Shown: positions 49,494-59,388, counted from the stretch's first letter. The stretch is 64,000 nt of DNA from an uncultured Ruminiclostridium sp. (GCA_905235805.1 CAJOMV010000084.1:5354-69353); one strand, 5' to 3'. Notes: generated by a model not told the origin, from the sequence alone. Made by a program: numbers and translations.

Positions 49494-50285
49494 TTACAGC
49501 TTCTTATATATACGATACGCGAGGTAACATATTCCAGCAGCAAATACCGTGATGACTGCCTCTATTCCCCAAATCGGTAAAATACCCGCTTGATAGAACA
49601 CTATCGAGAAGTCCGTTAAAGCGTGCAGTAGTACCGCAAGAGGGTACAGCCGGAAGTATTTCTTTTCCCTTGCCGCCGCGAACACCAGCACCGAGAAGCC
49701 GATATGTGCTGCTATCGCGGGTATGCGCTCGAAAACGCCGAGCAGACATTCGCCGAATGTAAGCTGCGAATATTGTGTGAGCTGCGAGATCATAGTGGCT
49801 GTCTGAGCTTCATTGACTCCGTTTGTGAGTTGGTCGCCCATGCCCATATTTATCATTATCCCGGTCAAAGCCATAGAGAACATCTGGAAACCGACATAGA
49901 CGCTCTCGAAGCCGCCGTGACCGATACCGTAGGAGAGAGAGGTGCGGCGTTCGCTGTACTTTTTCAGCACAGTCTTAAACGCGACGAACCGTCCCGTTTC
50001 CTCGAACACTCCCGCAAGCACTCCCGCGAGTACAGATGTGTACCACACATTCCCGCTTATCGTTTTTGCCGCGGGATTGTCCGCGTAAAGCAGGAGATAC
50101 GCGGGCGCGAGCTTCAGTATTATCGCGAACAGCAGCCACGTCACCGCTCCGACGATAACGGGCAGTATCTTCTCGTGGGTCTTTACCTTCCATACTATAA
50201 GCAGGACTACCGGAAGTATCATCATCAGTACGCTCTGTATTATAAGTCCCGCTATCGCTTCATCTGTGAAATGTATGTTCTCCAT
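49494..50285 (-). CDS. YhfC-family intramembrane glutamic protease
   Basis: AGVFEETGR, YGIGHGGFES, ER..A...H, LLHAL.D motifs; multi-TM. Confidence 0.88.
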   Translation of the reverse strand: MENIHFTDEAIAGLIIQSVLMMILPVVLLIVWKVKTHEKILPVIVGAVTWLLFAIILKLAPAYLLLYADNPAAKTISGNVWYTSVLAGVLAGVFEETGRFVAFKTVLKKYSERRTSLSYGIGHGGFESVYVGFQMFSMALTGIMINMGMGDQLTNGVNEAQTATMISQLTQYSQLTFGECLLGVFERIPAIAAHIGFSVLVFAAAREKKYFRLYPLAVLLHALTDFSIVFYQAGILPIWGIEAVITVFAAGICYLAYRIYKKL

Positions 50286-50980
50286 TATTTCCGCTCCCTT
50301 TCCCAGTCTGTATATATCTGATGTGAGCCCTTTATCATGGTCGCGAACATCACGAGAAATATTATCACCATCGCCGCCAGTGACGGATACCCGCGCAGTA
50401 CGATACCGGAGAGTATTACCGCGACACCGCCGAAGAATGTCACCGTGCCGCCCATTCTCTGTGAGCGCGCCCAGACCTCATCGTTCTTCATGCTCCAGGT
50501 CGTGCGCAGTCCCATGAGAGCGTTCATCTTCATTTTCGGCATTATATTCCCGAGCACCGCGAACAGCAGCCCCATAAGTATGACCGTTGCCGAGCAGTAC
50601 AGCTCCCCCTCTGTGCCGTTTATCTGCGTAAGCCCCGTGTAACCGATACAGATGAACACTGCCTCTAACCCGACCATTACCGCGTTCATTGCGGCACAGA
50701 CCGTGCCGGATATTTTCGCGTTACCCGCGGCGTGAGCAGTCTCCCTCTCATCGGTACCCGCTTTCTCCGCCTTTTCAGCCCGTCTGCGCATCAATATGCC
50801 AGCCACAGTGAACACGATGACGATAACAGCGAAAAACAGCACCTCATATTTTGATCCTATCCTGTCCGCGTTCCCGTCAAGCCCGAAATGCACTGGTATG
50901 TTATCCGGAAGCACGGTTATCGCTATCGCCGCGAATATAACAGCCAGTGCGGCAGTGATCATCAAAATCCTATTACTCAT
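50285..50980 (-). CDS. sdpI: SdpI-family immunity protein (DUF1648 N-terminus)
   Basis: LPDNIPVHFGLDGNAD; GNIMPK..N..GLRTTWSM.N.EVW. Confidence 0.82.
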   Translation of the reverse strand: MSNRILMITAALAVIFAAIAITVLPDNIPVHFGLDGNADRIGSKYEVLFFAVIVIVFTVAGILMRRRAEKAEKAGTDERETAHAAGNAKISGTVCAAMNAVMVGLEAVFICIGYTGLTQINGTEGELYCSATVILMGLLFAVLGNIMPKMKMNALMGLRTTWSMKNDEVWARSQRMGGTVTFFGGVAVILSGIVLRGYPSLAAMVIIFLVMFATMIKGSHQIYTDWERERK

Positions 50981-51269
50981 CAGGTCCACCCTCCTTCAGA
51001 GTGCCGGGACTCACCCCGAACTGCCCGAGCCACAGAAGCACCTCGTCGAACACGCTGGTATTCAGCTCATAGTAGATGAAATTCTTCTCCTTGTACTCAA
51101 TGACCATATCCGCCTTTTTGAGCAGCCGCAGGTGATATGACAGCGCCGCCGGAGTAATGCCGAGGCGCTCGGCTATCTCCCCCGCGTTCATTCTCCCGCC
51201 GCGCAGCATTGTGATTATCTCTCTGCGCTGGTCGTCGGACAGTATTTTGAAGGTCTCCGATATTTTCAT
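50973..51269 (-). CDS. sdpR: SdpR-like ArsR-family autorepressor
   Basis: FKILSD..RREI, AGEIA, LSYHL..LK, KNFIYYELNTSVF; upstream of sdpI. Confidence 0.85.
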   Translation of the reverse strand: MKISETFKILSDDQRREIITMLRGGRMNAGEIAERLGITPAALSYHLRLLKKADMVIEYKEKNFIYYELNTSVFDEVLLWLGQFGVSPGTLKEGGPDE

Positions 51270-51280
51270 ATTATCACCGC

Positions 51281-51359
51281 CTATTTAAAATTTTCTTTAA
51301 ATAGATGATAACATATTTTTAAGAAAAAGTCAACAAGTATTTAAAAATATTTTTAAATA
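51281..51359 (-). promoter_or_regulatory. Promoter flanked by two palindromic operators (probably SdpR)
   Basis: ctatttaaa-N6-tttaaatag (51281-51304) and perfect tatttaaaaatatttttaaata (51338-51359) around TTGACT-N17-TATCAT. Confidence 0.75.
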
Positions 51360-51372
51360 TGGACAATAAATA

Positions 51373-51396
51373 TCCCCGTCGGCTGACCGGCGGGGA
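51373..51396 (-). terminator. Intrinsic terminator
   Basis: tccccgtcgg-ctga-ccggcgggga hairpin. Confidence 0.6.
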
Positions 51397-51407
51397 AGCG
51401 GATATTA

Positions 51408-52361
51408 TTATTTCAGTGCGTATAAGGTAATATTCTCATAAGGTATCTCACCCTCGAATTTAGCTGTTCCCGCGGGGTCGGTATACAGCGAGTATCCCGT
51501 GCCGACATAAGGTACGACGGTATAGAGCCCGTTGTACTGAATGGAGTATTCCTGACCGTCCTCATAAGCTATGGTGACGGTCTTTTGTTCCGCTTCTTCA
51601 TCATCGGCAGTCATATCTATCGACGCGGTCATCATCTTCATATAGTCCGGGGGCAGGGTGTCATACTGTACGAGTGTGGTATAGTAGATGTACTTCTTTC
51701 CGTTGTGGAGACGCAGGTAGTTGTAGTCGTACTCTATCTCGAGGGTATCCTTGTCCAGTGTATACTCATGCTCGAGAGTGGCGAACCAGTACTTTGTGTT
51801 GTGCAGATCATACTTGTCGGTCATTGCCTGCACCTCGCTGTCGGGGCTGCGGGTATAGACATTGAAAGTGTTCTTGCCATCCACGTCGTCCCGGATATCG
51901 GTGACGATCTGAGTGTCAGTGTTTCCGAGATTGTAGAAAATTTCCGTTCTCCCGGGGAGGAAATAGTCCCTGCGCTTTTCCTCGTCGTTCACAGCGAGCC
52001 AGTGCCGTGTGAGCAGGGGCTTGCCCTCCTCGTCGTAGCGCATGAACCACTGGTCGCCGTTATACCAGATAGTGGACTGAAAGCTCTCCTCAGACGCTCC
52101 GAAGTACTCACGGAAGTACATCTCATCTGTCTGGAAGGTCCCGAAGCCCCAGTAGTCCTCGCCATTGAGGTTGCAGGTCACATATACGTTCTCGTGCCTT
52201 GTCAGGGCAGCCGCAAGGTTGTTCACCGCGGTAATGTCCGCGAGGGTAGTCTTGCGCTCGTTCTGCGAGTAGTCGTACGGCTCTATGGGCTCCCTTACGC
52301 AGGAGCTCATAATCACAGCCGCCGCGCAGAGAGCGGTCATTTTCAGTATATATTTTTTCAT
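51408..52361 (-). CDS. Hypothetical lipoprotein
   Basis: MKKYILK...MSSC lipobox; no domain recognised. Confidence 0.7.
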   Translation of the reverse strand: MKKYILKMTALCAAAVIMSSCVREPIEPYDYSQNERKTTLADITAVNNLAAALTRHENVYVTCNLNGEDYWGFGTFQTDEMYFREYFGASEESFQSTIWYNGDQWFMRYDEEGKPLLTRHWLAVNDEEKRRDYFLPGRTEIFYNLGNTDTQIVTDIRDDVDGKNTFNVYTRSPDSEVQAMTDKYDLHNTKYWFATLEHEYTLDKDTLEIEYDYNYLRLHNGKKYIYYTTLVQYDTLPPDYMKMMTASIDMTADDEEAEQKTVTIAYEDGQEYSIQYNGLYTVVPYVGTGYSLYTDPAGTAKFEGEIPYENITLYALK

Positions 52362-52475
52362 AATCATCACCGATTTTATTATATACTATTTTCCGGGACG
52401 TGTCAATCAGAAAATTTTCTGTTATCCTGCAACCTTTGCGACAGCGGCGCAGTGTTATATACAGGAGGCGATAAT

Positions 52476-52985
52476 ATGAAGAAAATGCTTGTTCTTATCC
52501 TTGTGTGTGCATTGCTTTGCGGCTGTTCATCCGGTAACCCGTTCGACACGGAGTTTGCAGACTACATTGTCACCGAGCCCGACTATACGGGCTATTTCCC
52601 GTCAACAGAGGAGGGCATGGAGACCGATTATTCCAATATCACAGCGCAGATACTGAAGGATACCTACACTCCCGAGGACGACAGCGCTTCCTGCGACGTG
52701 ACTGACAACAATCCCGGCAAGTGCTTTTATATCTATCAGATGACTTATATCGAGCGCCTTGACGGCGACACATGGGTCAATATCCCCTATGAAAACAAGT
52801 CGCTCTATATGCAGGAGGGCGGCTGGGCGGTATGCTGGATAGAGGGCAATTACGACAAGCCAAACCAGACCCGCGCGACGGTACGCTTCGATATGCTGTC
52901 CGAGCCTATGCGCACAGGCTCCTACCGTCTGGTCGTTTTTGTCGGTGACACGAAGGTATACGCACCGTTTGAGTACAGAGAATAA
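52476..52985 (+). CDS. Lipoprotein with Ig-like domain
   Basis: AGGAGG SD, lipobox LCGC, IERLDGDTW...GSYRLV...APF Ig-like pattern. Confidence 0.75.
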   Translation: MKKMLVLILVCALLCGCSSGNPFDTEFADYIVTEPDYTGYFPSTEEGMETDYSNITAQILKDTYTPEDDSASCDVTDNNPGKCFYIYQMTYIERLDGDTWVNIPYENKSLYMQEGGWAVCWIEGNYDKPNQTRATVRFDMLSEPMRTGSYRLVVFVGDTKVYAPFEYRE

Positions 52986-52989
52986 GAAA

Positions 52990-53034
52990 AGACCCCTCGG
53001 GCAATTCCGTTCTGCACAGATGCCGGAGGGGTCT
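52990..53034. terminator. Terminator between convergent genes
   Basis: agacccctc...gaggggtct inverted repeat. Confidence 0.6.
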
Positions 53035-53040
53035 GTATTC

Positions 53041-54681
53041 TTAATTTGAAAGATATGCGAGTACGAATACGGCGGGAGAGTTCCAGTATATTGTTATCTC
53101 GTTGAGGGAATAGCTCTCGGTATCGTCGGCGTAGCACTTCATGGGAGGAGTGCCGGAGGGAATGAGCTCCTTCGCGCGCGGGTCCGAGAGTCCGCTGTTC
53201 GGACCGCCGACCACCATGCCGGGAATGCACTCGTCAACTCCGTCGGCGTAAGCGGGACGCAGGTGGGGGAAGTTGCTGTGGTACTCCCCGACGCCGGTGA
53301 TGTAGCTTATGCCGAGGGGATTGCAGCCGAGGATATAGTGGAGCTGCCGCTCCGCCTGACAGCGGTACTCACCTCCGCAGAGCATATCGGTCAGTGCGAA
53401 TATCATACCGCGCTTGAGAACGTTCATATTGCTGCCCCACCAGAAGTCATGGGAGGTCATTGCCGCGCCGTAGCCGCACTCATCGGACAGCTTTTTCAGG
53501 TATGCTGCCGTGCGTGAAAACTCGTTCCTCAGCTTCTCGGCGGTGCTTTCGTCCTTCTCGTGCGGGCATAGCAGATACGCGAGGGAGCCCAGTCCCCCGG
53601 TCTCGGTGTAACCGAATTCCGTCAGCGGGAAATGCGTGTCGAGAAGCGCATTCGCCTTGTCAAACCAGTCGGTGCTTCCCGTGAGTGAGAACATCTCCAT
53701 GTACGCCCACCACCGGTTCGACTTGTCGTCCCACTGTCCGTAGGAGCCGGTGTTGCAGCCCTCGGGATTCGTGAAATCCATAAACCCCGGGTTCCTGTCC
53801 AGCCACTCCGCGGAGCGGACTGCTGCTTCACGGAGCCTGTCCGCGAACTCGCCGTCGAATTTCGCGTAAACAGGAGAGGCGAGCGCGCACACCGCCGCAA
53901 GGTCTGCCGCCGCCATTGACGAAACGGGGAACACATACAGCGTCTCTGTGTCATGCTCCGGCATCACAAAGGGAGCGTGCAGCAGCGTTGTGAGCTTGTG
54001 GTACACCGAGCCGTCGGGGTTCTGCATTTTCAGCAGCCATTCCAGTTCATAACGTACCTCGGAAAGTATATCTGGCATACCGCTTTCGGGAATATTCACC
54101 CTGCGCTGCGCGAACACCCGGGGGAAGAGCTTGTAGGCGTACAGCAAATGTGCCGCCGCGACAGCTCCCGCCGTGACATAGCGTCCGTAGTCTCCTGCGT
54201 CATGCCAGCCTCCCGACACATCGAGGGACACGGAGTTATCCTCCCACAGCACAGCCTTTCCGGTGTGGCACCTGTCGTGCTTCCACACGCCTGCGTACTT
54301 TTCGTCAAGCCCGCAGCCGCACCGCAGGAAATAGAACGCTTTCAGCGTGCGGTCCAGTATGCTGTCGTATATATTATCATCTATGGAGAAGAGCGCGGAT
54401 GACTTCCCGCCCGCCTTCACGCGGTACTTGCCCTTCTTTGTGAGTCTGCTGAGATCGGCGATGCACACCTTGTCTCCCGATGCCTCGTCATTTCCGAAGC
54501 TCTGCGTTTCACCGCTGAACACAACGGAGCCGTTTTTATCGGTTATCTCAAAGAAATCGCACTCAAAGGGTATCACCGCAGACTTGGCACTGCCGGGCAG
54601 AAATCCCGCCTGGTCAATGAATATCCCGAACGGCGGACGTTTTTCCCTGTGCAAAGTATGCTTTATATCGTATCTGTCCAT
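53041..54681 (-). CDS. GH9 glycoside hydrolase with N-terminal Ig-like domain, no signal peptide
   Basis: GGWHDAGDYGRY, WGSN, PHLRP, YSLNEITIYWN. Confidence 0.93.
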   Translation of the reverse strand: MDRYDIKHTLHREKRPPFGIFIDQAGFLPGSAKSAVIPFECDFFEITDKNGSVVFSGETQSFGNDEASGDKVCIADLSRLTKKGKYRVKAGGKSSALFSIDDNIYDSILDRTLKAFYFLRCGCGLDEKYAGVWKHDRCHTGKAVLWEDNSVSLDVSGGWHDAGDYGRYVTAGAVAAAHLLYAYKLFPRVFAQRRVNIPESGMPDILSEVRYELEWLLKMQNPDGSVYHKLTTLLHAPFVMPEHDTETLYVFPVSSMAAADLAAVCALASPVYAKFDGEFADRLREAAVRSAEWLDRNPGFMDFTNPEGCNTGSYGQWDDKSNRWWAYMEMFSLTGSTDWFDKANALLDTHFPLTEFGYTETGGLGSLAYLLCPHEKDESTAEKLRNEFSRTAAYLKKLSDECGYGAAMTSHDFWWGSNMNVLKRGMIFALTDMLCGGEYRCQAERQLHYILGCNPLGISYITGVGEYHSNFPHLRPAYADGVDECIPGMVVGGPNSGLSDPRAKELIPSGTPPMKCYADDTESYSLNEITIYWNSPAVFVLAYLSN

Positions 54682-54770
54682 AATTATTCCTTTTCGTCGG
54701 CAAACTTCTATGTTTCCACAGTCAATTATACTACCATATAAAAAAATTGTCAATGTTTTCCGATTTTTAT

Positions 54771-54815
54771 TTGACAAATGAGAAAAAATATGTTATATTG
54801 TTAGCGTGAGCTAAC
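54771..54815 (+). promoter_or_regulatory. Sigma-A promoter with GTTAGC-N4-GCTAAC operator
   Basis: TTGACA-N17-TATATT followed immediately by palindrome 54800-54815. Confidence 0.7.
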
Positions 54816-54833
54816 CGGAGGCGGGAGGAAAGT

Positions 54834-55172
54834 ATGATGAAGAACGAGAACAGCGGCAAAATACGCGAAGCGGCAAGGTACATGGTGAGCGGACTGTCGG
54901 AGAAGCATACCACCGACGCGCTTGCGGAGCGCTCGGGACTGTCCCCGACCACATTCAAGGTCTGCTTTCGCAGCGTTTACGGAAAGCCCGTGCATACATG
55001 GCTGACCGAGCGGAGAGCTGCCCGTGCCGCGCGCCTGCTCCGTTCCTGTCCCGAGCTTAGCATAGGGGAGATAGCCTTCCGCGTCGGTTATGAGAATGCC
55101 GGGAAGTTCTCCGCCGTCTTTCGCCGCATCTACGGTGTCACCCCCCGTGACTACCGCTCCCGTTCAAGATAG
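54834..55172 (+). CDS. AraC-family regulator, DNA-binding domain only
   Basis: LAERSGLS...F..VYG, IGEIAFRVGYENAGKFSAVFRRIYGVTPRDYR; 112 aa. Confidence 0.85.
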   Translation: MMKNENSGKIREAARYMVSGLSEKHTTDALAERSGLSPTTFKVCFRSVYGKPVHTWLTERRAARAARLLRSCPELSIGEIAFRVGYENAGKFSAVFRRIYGVTPRDYRSRSR

Positions 55173-55244
55173 CAGCTTGCTTTTCGCTCAAAGGCGCGAA
55201 TTCATGGACGCTTTTGGCGACAGCTTTACAGAGCAAAATTTAAC

Positions 55245-55283
55245 AAAAGCCTGTCATATAGCGGTATATGACAGGCTTTCTTT
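55245..55283. terminator. Bidirectional terminator
   Basis: aaagcctgtcatata...tatatgacaggcttt. Confidence 0.8.
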
Positions 55284-55357
55284 ATTCTTTTCGGTCATCA
55301 GGCACTAAGTATCTCCCCGCTTCAGGCGAAAGAGACGGCGCCCAAAGAGCGATCGAC

Positions 55358-58300
55358 TTACTTGAAGTACTGAACGCCGCTCTTGAAGAGGGGCTGGTCC
55401 TTGATACCGTCGACGTTGGTGCAGCAGAATGAGGAGATACGTTCGCTGTGTCCCATTTTGCCGAGGACGCGACCGTCGGGGGAGATGATACCCTCGATAG
55501 CGTACATGGAGCTGTTGGGGTTATAGCGCAGATCCATGGAGGGGTTGCCGTCGAGGTCGACGTACTGGGTAGCGACCTGACCGTTTGCGATAAGCTTCCG
55601 TATAACCTCATCGCTTGCCACGAAACGACCCTCGCCGTGGGATATCGGGATAGAGTAGATATCCCCTACCTTGCAGTTCATGAGCCAAGGGCTCTTGTCT
55701 GTGCAGATGCGGGTGCGTACGAGCTGTGACTGGTGACGTCCTATCTTGTTGAAGGTGAGGGTGGGGCTGTCCTCTGTGAGCGGAACGATCTCGCCGAGGG
55801 GCACAAGCCCGAGCTTTATGAGGGACTGGAAGCCGTTGCAGATGCCGAGCATGAGACCGTCACGGTGGTAGAGCATATCGTTCACAGCGTCCTTGACCTT
55901 CGGGTTACGGAAGAAGGCATTTATGAACTTGCCGGAGCCCTCGGGCTCGTCACCGCCGCTGAAGCCGCCGGGGACAGCCACGATCTGGCTTTCGGAGATG
56001 AGCTTTGCAAACTGCTCTACTGACTCTTCCACCGCGCTTGCGGAGAGGTTCTTTATTACGAATATGGTCGGCTCTCCGCCCTCGCGGCGGAATGCCTCAG
56101 CCATATCGTATTCGCCGTTCGTTCCGGGGAATGCGGGAATGAGCACACGGGGCTTTGCCGTCTTGCAGGCGGGCGCGCACTCGAACTTCGTTTCCGTCAC
56201 CGAGCTGATAGCCTCGGGAGCGTCGTAGTGCTTTACAGTGTCTCTGAATATCGGCTCGAGAACAGCGTCCCACTTCTTTTCGAGAGCCGCGATATCGAGG
56301 GTCACATCTCCGCTGGTTATTGTGTATTCCTCGGTGGTCTCTCCGATAAGCTCAAAGCCGTCGAGGTCATTGCCCGACTCGACGATGAACGCGCCGTAGC
56401 ACAGCCCGAAGAGCTTGCTGTCGTCTAGCTTGTTCAGCTTCGCGCCGATACGGTTGCCGAGGGACATCTTGAATATACCCTCCGCGAGACCGCCGTGACC
56501 GAGTGTCCAGACAGCTACAGCGTCGCCGCTTGCTATCGCGTTCTCTACCTTCTTGTAGACCGCCTTGACGCTCTCGAAATCGGGCATACCGTTCTCGTCG
56601 TAATCGGGGGCGATGTAGTACAGCTTGTCGAAGGGCAGCTTGAACTCTGCGCTGATTATCTTGTCGGCCCTGCCCATTCCCACAGCGAAGGAAACGAGGG
56701 TCGGGGGAACATCTATATGCTCGAAGGTGCCGCTCATGGAGTCCTTGCCGCCGATAGCTCCCGCGCCGAGAGCCTTCTGCGCCTTGTACGCGCCGAGCAG
56801 TGCGCTGAACGGCTGTCCCCAGCGCTTGGGGTCGCCCTGTGTTCTCTCGAAATACTCTTGAAATGTCAGCCAGCACTCGTCGGACTTGCCGCCCGCGGCA
56901 ACAAGCTTTGCGATACTCTCCACTACCGCGAGAGCCGCTCCGTGGTAGGGGGACTGTGTGGCGACTGCCGGGTCATAGCCCCACGCCATAATGGAAGCAG
57001 CCCTGGTCTCCGCGCCGAGCACCGGTATCTTCGCTGCCATAGCCTGTACGGGGGTCTGCTGGGTCTTGCCGGAGAAGGGCATGAGCACGGTAGCCGCGCC
57101 GACAGTGGAGTCGAATCTTTGAACAAGCGCTCTCTGCGAGCATACGTTCAGGTCAGTGACCAGCTTTTCCCAGTCCTCCGCGGTGTTGTGCAGTCCTGTG
57201 TCGTAGGACACCTTCACATCATCGACAGCTATATGGGTGTGCTTCTCCGCACCGTTGGAATTCAGGAATTCTCTTGATATATCTACGATAGTCTTACCGT
57301 TCCAGTTCATCACCAGACGGGGCTCAGCCTCGACCACAGCCACGGGAGTAGCTTCAAGGTTCTCGTCTCCCGCGAGCCTGATGAACTTGTCTACGTCGTT
57401 CTTGTCAACAACGACAGCCATTCTCTCCTGCGACTCGGAGATAGCGAGCTCCGTGCCGTCGAGACCGGCATACTTTTTGGGTACAGCGTTGAGGTCGATA
57501 GTCAGACCGTCCGCGAGTTCTCCGATAGCAACGGAAACGCCGCCCGCGCCGAAGTCGTTGCAGCGCTTTATGAGCACGGTCGCCTCACGATTTCTGAAAA
57601 GGCGCTGAAGCTTTCTCTCGATAGGCGCGTTGCCCTTCTGTACCTCCGCGCCGCAGCTCTCGAGGGACTGCACGCTGTGGGACTTGGAGGAGCCGGTAGC
57701 GCCGCCGCAGCCGTCACGTCCCGTACGTCCGCCGAGGAGAATGATGACATCTCCGGGAGCGGGTCTCTCACGCCTTACATGGTCAGCGGGAGCCGCCGCT
57801 ATGACTGCGCCTATCTCCATGCGCTTAGCCATATATCCGGGGTGGTATATCTCCGCGACGTGACCGGTGGCAAGTCCTATCTGATTGCCGTAGGAGGAGT
57901 AGCCCGCGGCGGCAGTGGTGGTTATCTTCCTCGGGGGAAGCTTGCCCTCGATAGTCTTGTCCACGGGGAGCAGTGGGTCGGACGCGCCGGTCACTCTCAT
58001 AGCCTGATAAACATAGGAACGTCCGGACAGCGGGTCGCGTATCGCGCCGCCGAGGCAGGTCGCCGCGCCGCCGAAGGGCTCTATCTCGGTGGGGTGGTTG
58101 TGGGTCTCGTTCTTGAACATTAAGAGCCAGTCCTCGTCCTTGCCGTCTACGTCCACCTTTATGCGAACCGAGCAGGCGTTTATCTCCTCGCTCTCGTCGA
58201 GGTCCTTCAGAATGCCGTCCTTTTTGAGCTTCTTTGCGGCGAGGGTCGCGATATCCATAAGGCACACCGGCTTGCCCTCACGTCCGAGCTCCTTGCGGTC

Positions 58301-59059
58301 AAGCTTGTACTCAGCGTAGGTATCTGCGATGTAGGAGGGCTTGATATCGGCATTGTCGATGATAGTGCCGAAGGTGGTGTGGCGGCAGTGATCCGACCAG
58401 TAGGTATCTATCATGCGTATCTCGGTGATAGTGGGGTCGCGCTTCTCGGTTCTGAAGTAATCCTGGCAGAATTTGATATCGTCATTGTCCATGGCGAGAC
58501 CGTAGTTCTTCACGAAATCCGCGAGACCGTCCTTATCGAGCTGTAAGAAGCCGTCGAGGGTAGCTACCTCGGTGGGGATATCGTACTCGGTCTTTAACGT
58601 CTTGTATTCCTCATAGCCGCACTCCCGGGACTCCACGGCGTTGATGAGGTAATGCTTTATGCGCGCGAATTCCTCGTCGGAAACGCTGCCGCCCAGCAGG
58701 TAGAGCTTCGCGTACTTCACGAGGGGTCTGTCGCCCTTGCAGAGCATCTGTATGCACTGCGCGGCGCTGTCTGCGCGCTGGTCGAACTGTCCCGGCAGAA
58801 ACTCCACGGCGAACATTCTTTCATTCTCCGAGAGCTTCGGCAGTTCATAGAAAATATTATCAACGGGCGGTTCGGAGAAAACGACGGGTATCGACCTGTC
58901 GAGGTCCTCCTTCGAGATATCCTCGACGTCGTAGCGGTTGATTACCCGCAGGCTTTCCAGACCGCTTATACGGAGGGAGGTCTTCAGGTCTGCGAGGAGC
59001 TGATCGCCCTCAACGGCGTAGCGGGGCTTTTTTTCGACATAGATGCGGTAAACTGACAT
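55358..59059 (-). CDS. purL: Phosphoribosylformylglycinamidine synthase (large single-chain form)
   Basis: YWSDHCRH, ETHNHPTEIEPFGGA, DFGAGG, SESQERM, GGFSGGD, GICNGFQ, MGHSER. Confidence 0.96.
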   Translation of the reverse strand: MSVYRIYVEKKPRYAVEGDQLLADLKTSLRISGLESLRVINRYDVEDISKEDLDRSIPVVFSEPPVDNIFYELPKLSENERMFAVEFLPGQFDQRADSAAQCIQMLCKGDRPLVKYAKLYLLGGSVSDEEFARIKHYLINAVESRECGYEEYKTLKTEYDIPTEVATLDGFLQLDKDGLADFVKNYGLAMDNDDIKFCQDYFRTEKRDPTITEIRMIDTYWSDHCRHTTFGTIIDNADIKPSYIADTYAEYKLDRKELGREGKPVCLMDIATLAAKKLKKDGILKDLDESEEINACSVRIKVDVDGKDEDWLLMFKNETHNHPTEIEPFGGAATCLGGAIRDPLSGRSYVYQAMRVTGASDPLLPVDKTIEGKLPPRKITTTAAAGYSSYGNQIGLATGHVAEIYHPGYMAKRMEIGAVIAAAPADHVRRERPAPGDVIILLGGRTGRDGCGGATGSSKSHSVQSLESCGAEVQKGNAPIERKLQRLFRNREATVLIKRCNDFGAGGVSVAIGELADGLTIDLNAVPKKYAGLDGTELAISESQERMAVVVDKNDVDKFIRLAGDENLEATPVAVVEAEPRLVMNWNGKTIVDISREFLNSNGAEKHTHIAVDDVKVSYDTGLHNTAEDWEKLVTDLNVCSQRALVQRFDSTVGAATVLMPFSGKTQQTPVQAMAAKIPVLGAETRAASIMAWGYDPAVATQSPYHGAALAVVESIAKLVAAGGKSDECWLTFQEYFERTQGDPKRWGQPFSALLGAYKAQKALGAGAIGGKDSMSGTFEHIDVPPTLVSFAVGMGRADKIISAEFKLPFDKLYYIAPDYDENGMPDFESVKAVYKKVENAIASGDAVAVWTLGHGGLAEGIFKMSLGNRIGAKLNKLDDSKLFGLCYGAFIVESGNDLDGFELIGETTEEYTITSGDVTLDIAALEKKWDAVLEPIFRDTVKHYDAPEAISSVTETKFECAPACKTAKPRVLIPAFPGTNGEYDMAEAFRREGGEPTIFVIKNLSASAVEESVEQFAKLISESQIVAVPGGFSGGDEPEGSGKFINAFFRNPKVKDAVNDMLYHRDGLMLGICNGFQSLIKLGLVPLGEIVPLTEDSPTLTFNKIGRHQSQLVRTRICTDKSPWLMNCKVGDIYSIPISHGEGRFVASDEVIRKLIANGQVATQYVDLDGNPSMDLRYNPNSSMYAIEGIISPDGRVLGKMGHSERISSFCCTNVDGIKDQPLFKSGVQYFK

Positions 59060-59134
59060 AGTGCTGCCACCAATCCTTTCGGTAATTCATATACAGATAT
59101 TATAACATTTCTCTGCGAGTTAGTCAAGGAAAAT

Positions 59135-59163
59135 TCATAATTAGCTCCCGTATTTCATATTAT
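59135..59163 (+). promoter_or_regulatory. Sigma-E (mother cell)-like promoter
   Basis: TCATAAT-N14-CATATTAT upstream of the bofA/spoIVFB cluster. Confidence 0.6.
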
Positions 59164-59189
59164 TGAAAAACGGACAAGGCGGTGTTACT

Positions 59190-59387
59190 GTGGAGAATGA
59201 GCGTGAGAGGATATTATCAGAGCTGGAGAGGGTGCGCGCCATGCTGTACAAGAACAGGCAGCTCTACGACCTTGCGGAGGACGACGCGGACACAGAGGCG
59301 CTCATATATGAACACAAGGCGCTGTCAGTGCGATACTCGGCGCTTCTCGCGAGGGCTAAGGAGCTCGGGATAACAAGGGGGGAATGA
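59190..59387 (+). CDS. YaaL/DUF2508-like protein
   Basis: EALIYEHKALSVRYSALLARAK pattern; upstream of bofA. Confidence 0.7.
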   Translation: MENERERILSELERVRAMLYKNRQLYDLAEDDADTEALIYEHKALSVRYSALLARAKELGITRGE

Positions 59388-59388
59388 T

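Noticed and set aside
55284-55357. Weak resemblance of the purL downstream sequence to the 10060-10097 segment
   Set aside because: Match is too short to support a repeat call
59060-59130. Purine riboswitch upstream of purL
   Set aside because: Promoter TTGACT-N17-TATAAT lies only about 40 nt from the ATG, leaving no room for an aptamer
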